NCBI RefSeq assembly: GCF_036321535.1
Contig: NC_087438.1
Coordinates: 5,954,001 to 6,018,000 of the forward strand
From: Camelus dromedarius
Taxonomy: Eukaryota
DNA: 64,000 nt
Direction of reading: 5' to 3'
The position numbers and the translations under genes were made by a program. This document shows positions 12,803 through 26,029 of the stretch, in pieces (within the stretch, counting starts at the first letter, position 1; every line of letters starts with the position of its first letter). A model generated the notes under the pieces. The model was given only the letters and a program-made list of their open reading frames with translations, had not been told where the DNA came from and did not search any database.

Positions 12803-14509
12803 AAGAGAGAGAGAGAGAGAGAGAGGTATCAAGTTATCTTTTACACACTTCCCAGCCCAAACTGCACTGTGATCCTGTCTAAACCTTTTCTGCAGTTTCA
12901 GTCCTGAGGGAGTGAAGATCTGGGGCTTAGATACAGAGTCACAACTAAGCTTTCTCTAAAACTTAATTATTTCAGAAACTTCCCACTTAATATTGGTTTC
13001 TTTGCAGATGTGAATCTCGGGTCAGATACCTTGTTCCCAGAAATAAGATTTACAGTCATTATGTTCTTAGGAATTCACTAATCAAGCCGATAATTTGGAA
13101 GCGTTTTTCTGTTCTCCCCCTCCCATCCCCCTAGAGTCTGGAGAAAACAGGAGGGGGAAGGGCCCCAGCAGGACAGTTTGCTTTCTTCTGCTCCCCTTGT
13201 CACCACCCTCCATCTACTTGTCTTCTTGGCAGTCTTGTCTTTCGTGGGTAGGCTTTTAACTTTTACGGTCTGCTCCTTCCAACCACACACACACACACAG
13301 AGTCACTCAGCTGGGTATATGCACGTGCTTTCACGTGGGAAAACCCCATGCTCTTACGCTGTGAAAAAATACTCAATGAAAGTGATTATGAGAAACAGAA
13401 AATACTATCAATAAAGAAAGCACAGATATGAAAACGGCAACAACCACAACAGCAAAACAGCCTACACTTGAGTCCCGTGTGGCCCCTGCCCTGGCTTTAC
13501 CGCCAGTGAACGTGAGCTTGGCCGATCAGGCGATACCTGGGATGTGCTCACGTGTATCCATCAGCCCCTTCGAGGACCAGACACAGAAATGCTGTTTTCT
13601 TTCTTGCCTTCTTTACTTCAAATCTACATTTCACATTAGAAAATAACCCAAATTAATGGCTTCTCATGGGAAATATCTCTAGATTTATGCATTTATTGAT
13701 ATAGTGGTCGAATGGAAATTTAGTCTAATATTCAGTTAAGTGAAAAGAATGAGAACAGACACATTCATTATTTCTATTTATCCCAAGTTGATGTTTTTTA
13801 GGGATCTCTAAAACTGAATGTTTTTTAAATGAGTATTAAGTAACATGGAGCTTGAATCATAATTTAATGTTTCTGCTAATGTGTTTCTTGATTCTAAACT
13901 ACTATAAATTTATTGCAATTAAGTGGTAGAATTATTTAATGTGATTTTGCCTGTCTGAGTCAATTATCATTTGTCCACAGGCAGCTGTCTGGCAAACACC
14001 AAGAATGTATATCACTGACAGGCAAATAGATTTCCCTTCTCAGCAAAGTGTAACATGCAATTTAAATTCATTATCTGAGCCTATAAGATCACATTAAATA
14101 CATAGAAAATCAGGAGCAGCTGAATTTCCACTATCAAAATATTTTGTGTCTCTGCCATCTAACACCTTATCTTGAAAAAGAGAAGAAAAATGCTATTTTT
14201 ATCAGATTCACCCACTTGTATTTGTCAGATTCTAGAATGTGTCCTACGTTCGTCCACAACTCTTCAGCATTAAACCAATAGAGAGACCACAGGACTAGGG
14301 CCCTGTTCCTACCACACTGGACCAGACGTTGGTCCCCCTCCTATCTCTATATTTTGGATGACTCGCAACACCCTAAAAACCATTTCAACTCTCACACTTT
14401 ATTACTTACTAAAAACAGATACATTGGCTTTTTAGCACACCAGAGTTCCTCTCAGGATACTTCCTCTGATTCTAGAATATTCAAGTAAAAGGTGACCTAC
14501 AAAATCAGT

Positions 14510-14600
14510 CTGCTGGCCCATTTATCAGATAAGAACACTGAGGCCAAGGATTGGTGAATAACTTGCTCTTGAGTAGAAACATAGCTGCTTTGAGTATTTA
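14510..14600 (-). mobile_element. MIR SINE fragment
   Basis: 'cccatttatcagataagaacactgaggccaagg...aataacttgc' is the reverse MIR core. Confidence 0.6.
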
Positions 14601-15067
14601 GGGTACATTCCTTTCCGCAGCCTTTCTCTTTAGGCTTAACTGACCAGCACATTTTATCTGTCTTTCTCCGTTGTCCCTGCCGAGTAGACCGGTGTGGACC
14701 TCCTCCCCCAAGGGCTGCCTACTCTGGGGGTGACCTCTGCGACTTCAGAGGGCTGTGGCCATGGCCCCGGAGTGGCTCTCAGCAGCAGCTGGGCTCGGGG
14801 CCAACCTTCCCCGTGATGCTGCCTATTAGGCTCACTCTGGGTCTCCCTGCCGGGCTCACTCCCCACACCTCATGTCCCTGCCGGCTCATCACCTTTCCTA
14901 GTGACACTTCCAATGGGAAGTTCACAAGAGTGTCTTGCTGAGCCTCCAGCTGACAACTGTAGAACTCCATCCACCGTTTGAAAATCAAGATTCCTGGAAG
15001 GAACTCATTCAAAACTCTCTGCAGCTGAACACATGAGAGAGACAGACACAACAGATTCTCATCATGT

Positions 15068-15350
15068 TCCTTCATTCAGGAAGCGTTTATTGAGCAACTA
15101 TTGTGTGCCAAGTACTGGGATAAGCTCTGGGGACAGACACAGTGGTGAACGTGGCTGACACAGCCCCTGCCCTCACAGCGGTGGGGAGGGGTCAGATTAT
15201 AACTACTCAGTGAATAATAATATAATTGCAGAATGTGTAAGTTTTCTGAAGGAAATAGCCCAAGTGAGGAAGGAAGGCAGCTTGAGAAAGCGCTACATTA
15301 GGTGGGTCTAGGCTCTTGTGACATTTGAGCTGAAATACGAAGCATAAAAA
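15068..15350 (-). mobile_element. L2 LINE 3' end
   Basis: 'ttcattcaggaagcgtttattgagcaactattgtgtgccaagtactggg...cagcccctgccctcacag'. Confidence 0.8.
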
Positions 15351-15359
15351 TTAGTCTCT

Positions 15360-15620
15360 CAAACTCCAGCCACTTCTACATCTGCCCATGTAGCTCCTGC
15401 CACAGGTTCTGCGGAGAACCTTGAATCCCCAAGCTCGCTGCTGCCTCGGGGCATTTGCTCTGAGTGCTTCTCATTCCCAAGGTGCTTCTCCAGAAATCCC
15501 AAGGTCCGCTCTTCCTAATCTGGCTCTCCAGTTAAATGTGACCTCCTCAGAGAGGTGGGCCCCCAATCCTCTATGTAAAGTAGCCCCCTAACGTCCTCTC
15601 CCACACCGCACTGCTTCCTT
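15360..15620 (+). mobile_element. L2 LINE fragment
   Basis: 'ctgcctcggggcatttgctctgagtgcttc...ttaaatgtgacctcctcagagagg'. Confidence 0.7.
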
Positions 15621-16189
15621 AATTGTTCTTAGGTCCCCAGGATCCAGTTATAAGACCTCACTATCTTTCATCCAACCTTGGTTAAAATTCTAGTTGAAAC
15701 TGAAAACAGGTAGCTGTTAATTAAAAAAAAAATCTTGAAAAACTAGGAGTAGAAGTTGTCAAGATTTAATTTCACGAAATATAGTGGACTAATATATTAA
15801 ATATATAGATACACTTTCTATAATTTCTATATAAAATAATACATAGTATAAATACACTGAGTGTAATATAAATTATAAACCTCTTTAATATTAAAACCAC
15901 TTTGTAACATGTTGCCATCTCATTTCCAACAGACAGAAGCAAATGAAAGACCCAGTAACTCCAAGAGACGAAGCAGAGGTGGAGAACTCCAGCCCAGGCA
16001 TACGTGACCACAACGGTGACGCGCTGACTAAATGGCTTGGTGGTGTTCAGTCAAGCTGAAGAGGAGCAAAGCTCGCAACCCAGCCAGCCTCTATGTAGAT
16101 AACCTGGGAGACTTTACACCCTGCACAAGGACACATGCACAAATTTACACTGGTGTCGGGGATGCAAGAACAAACAAAGAAAAGGGCAT

Positions 16190-16590
16190 TGCTCAAATCA
16201 CTGTCAGTGACATAGAAAAAGCTGTGTCTATTTCCTCATGCCTGAAGTTCTATAGCAGAGTGATTGTACCTACACACCGACATGAATAATCTCACAAATG
16301 GGATACAGAGTGAATATGCGTGTAGTTGCATAAACCTACACAAATACATCTATCATGACTGCTATGTACTGAGTATTAAAAAAATGACACAAGAAACATA
16401 AATATCAGGATGGTGGGTCCCTCCTGAGGCAGGAAGGAGGGTGAGATTAGGAAGAAGCACAGAGGACTTCCAAAGTGTTTCCAAGGATTTGCCGTCTATC
16501 AGGTTGTTTGGATGATATGTGAGCATTTGTTGTGTTATTATATTAGTTGTGTAATTCACATAAATTCACTTATAAAACATTTCCTAATGA
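16190..16590 (+). mobile_element. Old L1M (L1ME-like) 3' end
   Basis: 'catgaataatctcacaaat', 'aaatatcaggatggtgggtccctc...gaagcacagaggacttccaaagtg'. Confidence 0.55.
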
Positions 16591-16849
16591 AAGTGGGGAC
16601 TAGAAAAAGAGAAACCAATATAAGAGCTTTTAGGATACAAAATGCTGAATTAACCATTAAATTTACATAGACATAAGGAAATACAGAGACTAGGCACATA
16701 TCAGTTCTCATAAAAATTAAGTCTCTACATTCTCTGCATCTTTTTGTTGTTCTTAATTAATTAATTATTCTTGAAACTTTTCTTTCATTTTATTTTCACC
16801 CTCCCAATCTTATTTTTAATACAGACTTTTGGGTTTAAAATTAATATTT

Positions 16850-17135
16850 TCTTTTTTTAAACTGAGGTATAGTTGACATATAACATTATATTAGTTTAAG
16901 CGTAATGATTGGATATTTGTGTATGTTGCAAAATAATCACCACAATAATTCTGGTTAACTCATCTCCATACATAATTAATTTTTTTTTCTTATGATGAGA
17001 ACTTTTAAGATCTACTATCTTAGCAAATCTTAACTATGGCTGACACGCTGTTCATTGTATCCCCATGACTTACTGGTTTTATAACTGGGAATCTGTACCT
17101 TTTGACCTCCTTTACCTATTTTGCCCATTCCCACA
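16850..17135 (-). mobile_element. L1 3' end (L1MA9-like / laurasiatherian)
   Basis: 'tttaaactgaggtatagttgacatataacattatattagttt...gatgagaacttttaagatctact...ataactgggaatctgtaccttttgacc'. Confidence 0.85.
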
Positions 17136-18505
17136 TATATATGACATTTTTAAATCCATCTATCCATGTATCTATAATAATGTTGAATTTCCCTATAAAT
17201 TTGATAACGAAAAGGTAAAGGAATTTTCCATAACAGTGTAAGGTTAGTCTCAGTGTTCCTAAAACCCGTTCTAAAGGCTAGAACTGTTGACTTGTAACAT
17301 CAAGATTGCTGAGTAAATTTGCCAAAACCTTTGTCGCTTAAATTTCTCTTAACTGCCGGTCTTGGAGTTCATTTTGATCACCAACCATTTGCCAATTAAG
17401 AAGAGAGAACGACTTCTCTACTCTGGTTAAAATGAATTTAACCTGCTTTCAAAAAATTAGTTTTCAGAAACAAATTACTGGCTGTATCAGATTATCCGCA
17501 AAAAGCAATGCTAACTCTCAACCATCTAGAGCCCTGACGTGACGCTTCCTGTTAATCTAGCCCATGATTTTCTTCCTTCCGCCTCCTTACCGAGTGTGGG
17601 CCCGGGCAGAGGAGGTTTCTCCTGTACTGCATCTCATGGAATAGCATCTACCCCGCAGTGAGCCTTGATAGCTGTTTGCTCAATACATAAAAGAGAACCT
17701 CTTCAGAGGTTTTGGTGGCAATGGGCGTGCATCACAAGGGAGTCAAGTAAAGCCCGAGACTGAGCTTGCTGCACACAGAGAGATTTTTCAAAAGTGTTAT
17801 CCACTCTAAATTTTTAATGAATTGATTAAATTCTCTGGGTCCTCTTGACCTTCCTGGTATGAATAAAAGGTGATATTCCTGATGTCCTTAATTTGAAGGA
17901 CCATAATTTTTCCATTATCCTTCTAAATAGCCAATGGCCATTATCTTTGGTGCCAAATATCAAGCAGTATATTTTTTATAGATATTGTCACAGTGTTTCT
18001 AGAGATCTTCAGTCATGAATCATCACCTATTATTTTATCAGTATTTTTCTACATATTTCTACTGATTGTTCCTTAGGTGACTACCTTCTGATTCTCTGCT
18101 GTGAGCTTCAGGGGAGAGTGCATCAACTCTTGAGCATGGAAGGTCAATCTTTCTTGTCCTTCCCGGCCTGCCCCTGTTCAGAAGCTGACCAATTACCCAC
18201 GAGAGCTTTGAGAGAAGAAGGCAGCAGTTACCAGGGGTAAGAGAAATCACAGAGGACTACCACAAAGGGCATTAAAATAAATCAAAATAGACATTTAAAA
18301 ATGATTTTTCCAGACAAAATGGCAGGAGTCGCCATGGCTGAGCATGGACGCTGCCCTGGGGCTTTGAAGCCATTGAACAGGAAAATGAGCAGGGTGAGGA
18401 TGGAAACTGCCCATACAGAAAGAGCTGAGCTGTTCAAATGGCAGGTTTAGAAGGTTCAGGATGAGAAAGCAGATGCTGAACAGACAACGAGTCATAAAAC
18501 TGGCT

Positions 18506-18677
18506 AATGTATAAATGTGATGAGTTTGGACACATGTAACCCACGATGCCATCACCACAACCAAGGTAATGAACGTACCATGGGTGTGTGCATATGCCCA
18601 AAGTCTTCACGGTGTATACATTAAAAACTGCAGGATTTTTTTTTGGTGGGGGTATGTCAATTATATCTCAATAAAGT
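18506..18677. mobile_element. Two old L1M 3'UTR fragments in opposite orientation
   Basis: - strand 'tgatgagtttggacacatgtaacccacgatgccatcaccacaaccaag' joined to + strand 'atgggtgtgtgcatatgcccaaagtc...tatgtcaattatatctcaataaag'. Confidence 0.65.
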
Positions 18678-18740
18678 TGCTCTACACTGGAAACTGACAC
18701 AACATTGTAAAATGTAACTCAATAAAAAAAAGTTAAAAAA
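18678..18740 (+). mobile_element. Ultra-short young L1 3' tail
   Basis: 'tgctctacactggaaactgacacaacattgtaaaatg...caataaaaaaaagttaaaaaa' matches the tail of the L1 at 19947-20010. Confidence 0.85.
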
Positions 18741-19390
18741 TTAGATTCTCAAATACTAGCAGGTGGCAAAAATTCTCAATATAAGAGTTTAAAATTAAAA
18801 AAGAGTATTTTTGACAAAAAAAAAAAACTTTCTACATTGAAATGTAGACTAGAGAAAATGGAAAGATTCCATTATCTTGTATAATGTAGAATCCAAATAC
18901 AATCAAGAAAGGTACAAGGGAAGAAACACAGGTCATTCTTACTTAGGAACTTTTTTCTAAGTGATACATTAGCAAATTGAAAAAACAATGGCTGAGATTT
19001 TCTAACTCTGAGAAAGTTTAGGTTATATAAAGCAGACACCATTGTTTGGCATGAAGATGATCAGATAACATAAAAGGCTAGACTTATATATGACAACTGA
19101 AAAATGGCTAAATACAGGAGCAAAATTTAAATGAAGATGATACTTGTTAGCTGATAAAAGCAATAGGATTTTTTTAGCATTAATTTTCATGGGATATCAG
19201 TTCCAGACCATATATGCCTACTGGTTCATTATTAATTTGTTCATTCCTGCCTTCTAATCAGCTGTTTACTGAAAGTCAATCATATGCCAGGAGCCAAGAA
19301 CTGTAGGTTGTAGATTGAATAAATTTCCACCTACAACTCCAGGGAATTCATGGTTATTTGAATAAACTTTTTGTGCTGTATCCTTTGTTG

Positions 19391-20045
19391 ATATGACCCA
19401 GGAATCCCGCTCCTGGACATATATCCAGAAGGAACCCTACTTCAGGATGACACCTGCACCCCAATGTTCATAGAAGCATTATTTACAATAGCCAAGACAT
19501 GGAAACAGCCTAAATGTACATCAACAGATGACTGGATAAAGAAGATGTGGTATATTTATACAATGGAATACTATTCAGCCATAAAAACCAACAACATAAC
19601 ACCATTTGCAGCAACATGCATGCTCCTGGAGAATGTCATTCTAAGTGAAGTAAGCCAGAAAGAGAAAGAAAAATACCATATGAGATTGCTCATGAGGAAT
19701 CTAAAAAAACCAAACAAACAAAGCATAAATACAAAACAGAAATAGACTCACAGACATAGAATATAAACTTGTGGTTGCCAAGGGGGCAGGGGGTGGGAAG
19801 AGATAGACTGGGATTTCAGAATTGTAGAATAGATAAACAAGATTATACTGTATAGCACAGGGAAATATATACAAGATCTTATGGTAGCTCACAGAGAAAA
19901 AATGTGACAATGAATATATACATGTTCATGTATAACTGAAAAATTGTGCTCTACACTGGAATTTGACACAACATTGTAAAATGATTATAAATCAGTAAAA
20001 AATGTTAAAAAAATAAAATAAAAAATAAAATACAAATACAAATAC
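19391..20045 (+). mobile_element. 5'-truncated young L1 (cetartiodactyl/camelid type): ORF2 C-terminus + 3'UTR + A-rich tail
   Basis: Open frame 19392-19745 YDPGIPLLDIYP...TPMFIEALFTIAKTWKQPKCTSTDDWIKKMWYIYTMEYYSAIK...ILSEVSQ is the canonical L1 ORF2 C-terminus; G-rich 3'UTR and A-rich tail follow. Confidence 0.95.
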
Positions 20046-20433
20046 TCCTGTGTGGGATGCTAGCATTTGTATATATGATTAATCATATACACTTTTTTTT
20101 TAACAATTTTAAAAAGTAAGTTAAAGAAAAATTAGCAAGTATTATGATCCTCTTTCTCCATAGCAGGTCTATTGGGAGTGATGGAGTGGAGACCAGAGAA
20201 GATATGAGAGCTTTGGGAATCTCTCCAGGCAGAGGCGCAGAGGCCCTGCCAAGAATGCTGAACTGTGTGGAAACAGTCTCGCAATGTCTGCCTCACATTC
20301 AGAAATGTTCTTAGCACGGACAATGAACGTGATTCTTCACAACAATATAACAAATTTATAAATGCACGTTTTGATTAGAATCTTTATAGAATTTGACTCA
20401 TTTGATATCAACAGCTGAACTAAATATACTAAT

Positions 20434-20838
20434 TATCGTGGATTGAATTGTTGCCCTTGTAAATGCATACTTTGTCATCCTAAGCTCTAGTGCCTCAGAA
20501 TGTAATCTCATTTGCTGTAGGCTCTTTACAGGATTAAATTCAGATGAGGTCATCAGTTCAGGCCTTAATCCAATATGGGCAGCGTCCTTATGAGAAAGAG
20601 AAAATTGATACAGGAGAAACCCACATGAGCACAAAGATAGTCACCAGCAAGCCAAGGACAGATGCCTGGAACAGGTCCTCACTCACAGCTCTCAGGGAAA
20701 AACAACAAAAGACAAACCAAAAAAAAACTTCCCACATCTTAATTTCAAACATCTAGTCTTTGGAACTGCGTAACAAATCTGCATTGTTTAAGGGGTCTAG
20801 TCTGCGATGCTCAGCAACAGCCCTCGCAAAGTAATACA
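20434..20838 (+). mobile_element. MaLR solo LTR (MLT1B-like)
   Basis: 'tatcgtggattgaattgttgccc...tgcctcagaatgtaatctcatttg...ccttaatccaatatg...gtaataca'; TSD ctaat/ctaac. Confidence 0.85.
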
Positions 20839-21074
20839 CTAACAATGTCTATTGCAGAAAGGACTTTTCTTTATAAAATATCAGACTTATATTCATATAG
20901 TTTGTGGTTTAAAAGGGCTAAAATGCATGTTGGAATATTTACCAAGTTCATAGAAAACCCATGGAGTTCACTGTGACCGTTCTCTAAACGATCACATTTA
21001 GCAAATTAGGAGGCTTCCAATTTTGAACTGGTTTTTCAAAATTTCTGGATTATTTTGTTATAATCCACAAAAAG

Positions 21075-22950
21075 GAAATCCTTTAGTATAAATCTAACAA
21101 AATTATGTATAAGATCTTTACAGGGAAAACAACAAATCTCTGACAAAAAAAATCACAGAAGAATTAAATAAATAGAGATAATTCCAAGTTCATAGATTGA
21201 AGAGACTCAATATTGTCAAGAGGTCAGTTCTTCCCAACCTGATGGATGTAATCCCATTCAGAAGCCCAGCAAGCTATTTTGTGGATATCAAAACATATTT
21301 TAAAACTGGTATGAAGAGATAAAAGACTCCGAATAGCCACAATATTGAAAATGAACAAAGTTGGAGGATTGATGCTACCCAACTTAAGATTTACTATAAA
21401 GCTACAATAATCAAGGCACGGTGATACTGGTGGGAAAAAGGCAACTAGATCAATGGAACAGAAAAAATAGCCCAAATATCAGTTGACTATATAAATTTAG
21501 TCAACTGATCTTTGACAAAGGAGGAAAGCAACACAGTGGAACGAAAATAGTCTTTTGAACTAGTGGTGCTAGAAGAGCTAACATCCACATGCAAAAAAGA
21601 AAAAAAACAGGGAGAGAGAGAATCTAGATACAAAACTCACACTCTGCACAAAAATTTACTCAAAATGGATCAAAGACTTAAATGTAAAACCCAAAACCAT
21701 AAAACTCCCAGAAGATAACATAGAAGACAACCTAAATAACTTCGGATATGACACAGGACTTTTTAGATACAACAGCAAAGGGACAATCCATGAGGAAATA
21801 ATTGATGAGCTGGACTTGATGAAAACTAACAACTTCTGCTCTGAGAAAGAGAATGTTGAGAGAATGTGAAGGCAAACCACAGACTGGAAGAAATATTTGC
21901 AAAAGACACATCTGTTATAGTACTGTTTTCCAAAACAGAGAACTCCTAAAACTGAACAACAAGAAAACAAACAACTAAAAAGTGGGTCAAAGATTTTACC
22001 AGACAACTCACCAAAGAAGATACAGATGGCAAATAAGCATATAAAAAGATGCTCTACATCATGTGTGATGTATCATGCAATGCAAATTGATGTGTCATCC
22101 ATGAAGTGCAAATTAAAACAGTAAGACACCACTACACACCTATTAGAAAAGCCAAAATCCAGAACACTGGCAACACCAAATGCTGACAAGGACGTGTAGC
22201 AACAAGAACTCTTATTCATTCTTGGTGGGAATGCAAAATGTACGGTCACTTTGGAAGACAGTTTGGTGATTTCTTACAAAACTAAACTTATGCCTATCGT
22301 ATGATCTAGCAACACACTTCTTGGTATTTACTCAAAGGAGTTGAAAACTTGAGACCCCACAAAAACCTATACTTTAGTATCTATACTAACTTTATTCATT
22401 GTAACCTAAACTTGGAAGTAACCAAGATATTCCTCAGTAGATGAGTAACTAAATAATCTAGGGTATGACCAGACAATATTATTCAGCACTAAAATTAAAT
22501 GAGCTATCAAGCTATGAAAAGACATGGAGAAAACTGCAATACATATTATTAAGTGAAAAAAAAAAAAGTCAATCTAAAACAGCTACTTACCGAATGATTC
22601 CAACTATGTGACATTCTGGAAAAGGTAAAACTATGAAGACAGGGAAAAAGTCAGTAGCTTCCAGAGGTTGGGGAGAGGAGAAAGTGGTAAATACGCAGAG
22701 CACAGAGAACTTTAAGGGCAGTGAAAATACTCTGTAATACAATTATTATAGAAATAAGCCATTGCAAATTTGTCAAATCCACGTAACAATGCACCGCTCT
22801 GCTGGGGAAGGTTTTAGTGGGGAAGTCCATGCGTGTGTGAGTCCATGCCTGTGTGAGGCCAGGGTATACGAGAAATCTCTGTAGCTTCCCACCAATTGTT
22901 CTGTGAAAACATAAACTGCTCTTTAAAAAAAAGCAATAATAAAAAAATGT
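21075..22950 (+). mobile_element. L1M (L1MA/MB-like) ORF2 3' half + 3'UTR, decayed
   Basis: Classic L1 ORF2 DNA: 'agactcaatattgtcaag', 'tactataaagctacaataatcaag', 'caactgatctttgacaaagg', 'aactcaaaatggatcaaagacttaaatgtaa', 'ggtgggaatgcaaaatg'; frameshifts and stops present. Confidence 0.95.
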
Positions 22951-25900
22951 ACTGAAGGCCTTGCTAAATTCTCTGTCAGTAAGAGTAAAACTAAATGAAA
23001 TGTAATTGTTTCCAACTAGCATTTTCAGTTCTTGCTGCAGTTTAAAGTACCACAGTTTCATATCTTGCCTTTCCACTTAAATTATTACGGTTTTAAATAC
23101 TGAGGCTATTCATGGTCATTGCCATCGAATTGAACTTCTGTCACAATTTCCTTATTTTGTAGTTGACATCTGTTGGCTTCCATTTCAACACTGTTGCTTG
23201 ACAGAAATCGCTAACGGTATTGTTGGCTTAATTCACCGTCTATTGGTACTCGTTGGTGTGAAAGGTTTTGCAGGCTTTATCTCCATGGCGAATGTGTGTT
23301 TCAGTCATTCCATTTCAATGTCTGGGGAAAGCAGCTTGATCCCCTGCTTTGCCAGGACAAAGTTTAAAACCCAGACCGGCCAGAATCCCACACCGGTCTT
23401 CTGACAACAGACATAATGCTTCTCATTTATGGCACGTGACAGCTTTTATGTCTGCATACAATGTCCACTCATTAAAATACCCAGTGTATGTAGAGCAGCA
23501 GTCCCATGTCTAATATGTGGGTTTTAATTCTGTTACTGCTTTTCCTAACATATTTCAAAATATATCATATATCAGCCTAATTTTATTTGTCAGTAGCTAC
23601 TCATTCTTTAAATTCTACTCTCTATGCTTAAAATTAATCATTTGTTGTAACGAAGCATGTATATTCTGAGGGCATTAATTTACATACAGACACATTCTAC
23701 ATATCATTTAATCACTTTAATACTGGAAATGAATATCAAGACACTGAAGGAACTAAATACAAGTGTACTTTTATATTAATTGGTGTCAGTACAAGATAGT
23801 GTTAGGAAAAACAAGCATGTTTAATCTAGTCCTACTTAAACAGATGTAAGCGTTATTATACATAGAAAAATAGTAATAGGTTTTATATATTAACAATGGA
23901 ATCAGAGTAGCTTTTCCTTCTTTATGATGTTCTGAATTAAAGAAGACATGTTTAATCCACTATTTACTATTCGGGGAACTCGGACATCAGAGAGTTCTGG
24001 TTGCTAAGTGAGGTCGAGTGTGGCCTTGGGAAATAAGACTCTTTAAACTATTTGATCCTTTGGAGAACTTCAATCCTTTTGAGGCTGTGAATAAATTCAC
24101 AAATATATAAGCCTATACAGTTTAGTAAAATAATAAAGAAATCTTCCCATAACTTGGATAGTAATGTTTTTTATACAAATGTCCTTGTAAGGAGTGATTG
24201 GGGAAACAGTTAAATGAATTATATTAATAGAGTTCCAAATATTGAAGGATGTCTGCATTACAAACCATCTTGCCCACTTGTGCGTAACCAGGATGGATAC
24301 ATAATTTGGTTCAGGTGTCGAGATGGATGATCACACACACACACACTCCCCAAGATGGTATAACGAGAGGGTGTAAGAAGGTGTATTACTTACACAAGGG
24401 AGGCCAGAGCCTGGTTTGAGCCTTCGTTACTTTTCCACCTACCTCAGTGCCTGAGGCCCTGCACCAGCCACTCCCTAAACCCCGTCCCCAGGGAGGGGAC
24501 AGAGCTGTGTACCAGGTACTTTGCAGGGAGTCAGCCTGAGAGGACGATTTCTGTTCTGCTGGATTTTGAGAATTTTGATCTTTAGAATTCTTGCAACAGC
24601 TTAGTGGGGTTACATAACGTGTTACTAAGTCTCTTTTTCTAGACATAAATGGTCTTCAAAGGAATGTTTAGCTCAAACATTTCAATAAATTTACTGCAGC
24701 CATTTGAAAGCAAGCAAAACTTTTGAACATGGATCAAACTTGCAGGAGCAAAAAGAAACCAGCCAGAGAAGTTTGGATGTGGTTAAAACCTGCTCTTAAC
24801 TACAAAACCTTTTGATTTTATTCCCTCGCCCAGCACAGGCCAGCTGCCAGCGCAGATCCACACATTTCATTGTATCTTTAGACACACAACTGCTTTATAA
24901 ACTGCGTACCCTCCTTAGCCCAGTGCCGCCCCCACTGCCTGAAACATCCAGTTGCAGGGGGTACATGTGCTCGGGGCTTTCAGTTCTGCTTTTATCTGAA
25001 ATCACACCCGGTAGGAGGGGGTGCCCGGATTCTGGCCCAGCTGGGCCTGGGCCCCAGGCCTTCTCTTCTTGCTCCAGGACCTCCTGCACAGCTTTTAATT
25101 CTTCTGAGCCTCGGTTTCTACAATTGCATAATAACACAACCATTCGATAATAATACAGTTATTTGATAGAAATAAAGCTATATGCAGCAGGCACTGAAAA
25201 TTCTATTTTATAGGTGAGCATCTGAGGTCCTGAGAGAACCAGTGGCTGAGCTGGGACTGAGTCCAGGTCCTGGATTCAGTCTGTGAGTTGAATAGGGCAC
25301 TGTCATGGCCTTTCCTAGGCTAACCAAACTGGGAATCAGTCCTGCATTTCCTGTGAGAAATCTGGTGTGTACAATGTGGCGGGCAGACCTTAGGATGCTA
25401 TACATATTTTGTAAAGTGATGGTGACAGATTAGGATGAGTCCTACTTCAGAAGGCATGAAAAGTGAAGGGTGGCTCCTGCTCAGAGAGGACGCCCTCAGT
25501 GACACAATGGGACAGACACTGGGATAGAGCTTCCCCCCTGTTCTACCTACAGGCAAGCAGAGCAGCTTTTGTACCAAAAGAAAACAGCAGCCACTGAAAA
25601 TCCAAGACCCGCCACCTGAGGCTCCCCCACAACGCAAATAAATAGACGCTCCCCACGCTGCCTCGATCCCGCTCCCCGGGATGTGTCAACAACAGGCACA
25701 TTTGAAACGCGTTTACGAATCTTTTAGACTCTTTATGCTAATGAAATTCATGACTTTGCCCAATTTGTGCGGCTTTGCAAATGTTCTCAAGCGTGTGGCT
25801 CTTGATTTTTCTAAAACCCTTTGGCTTTTGCTCTCATCCACACAATTTAGACTCAGTTATCACGTATTATTTTATAATTGGTTTACACTGTTCTTTAGTT

Positions 25901-26029
25901 GATTTCCGTCTGAGTCTTATCTCTGAAACCGCACCAAAAACCTCTCCAGAAGCTTAAAGAGACTGAAGGAAAATTACCATCTTCAACTAGGAAAAGCTTA
26001 TAAGCGAACCACCACCATGTGTATATGTA

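Noticed and set aside
19464..19745. 93-aa ORF as a host gene
   Set aside because: It is the C-terminus of L1 ORF2p in a 5'-truncated, promoterless copy.
21224..23076. Minus-strand hydrophobic ORFs (83-141 aa)
   Set aside because: Antisense frames of an A-rich L1; the Phe/Leu/Ile bias is compositional.
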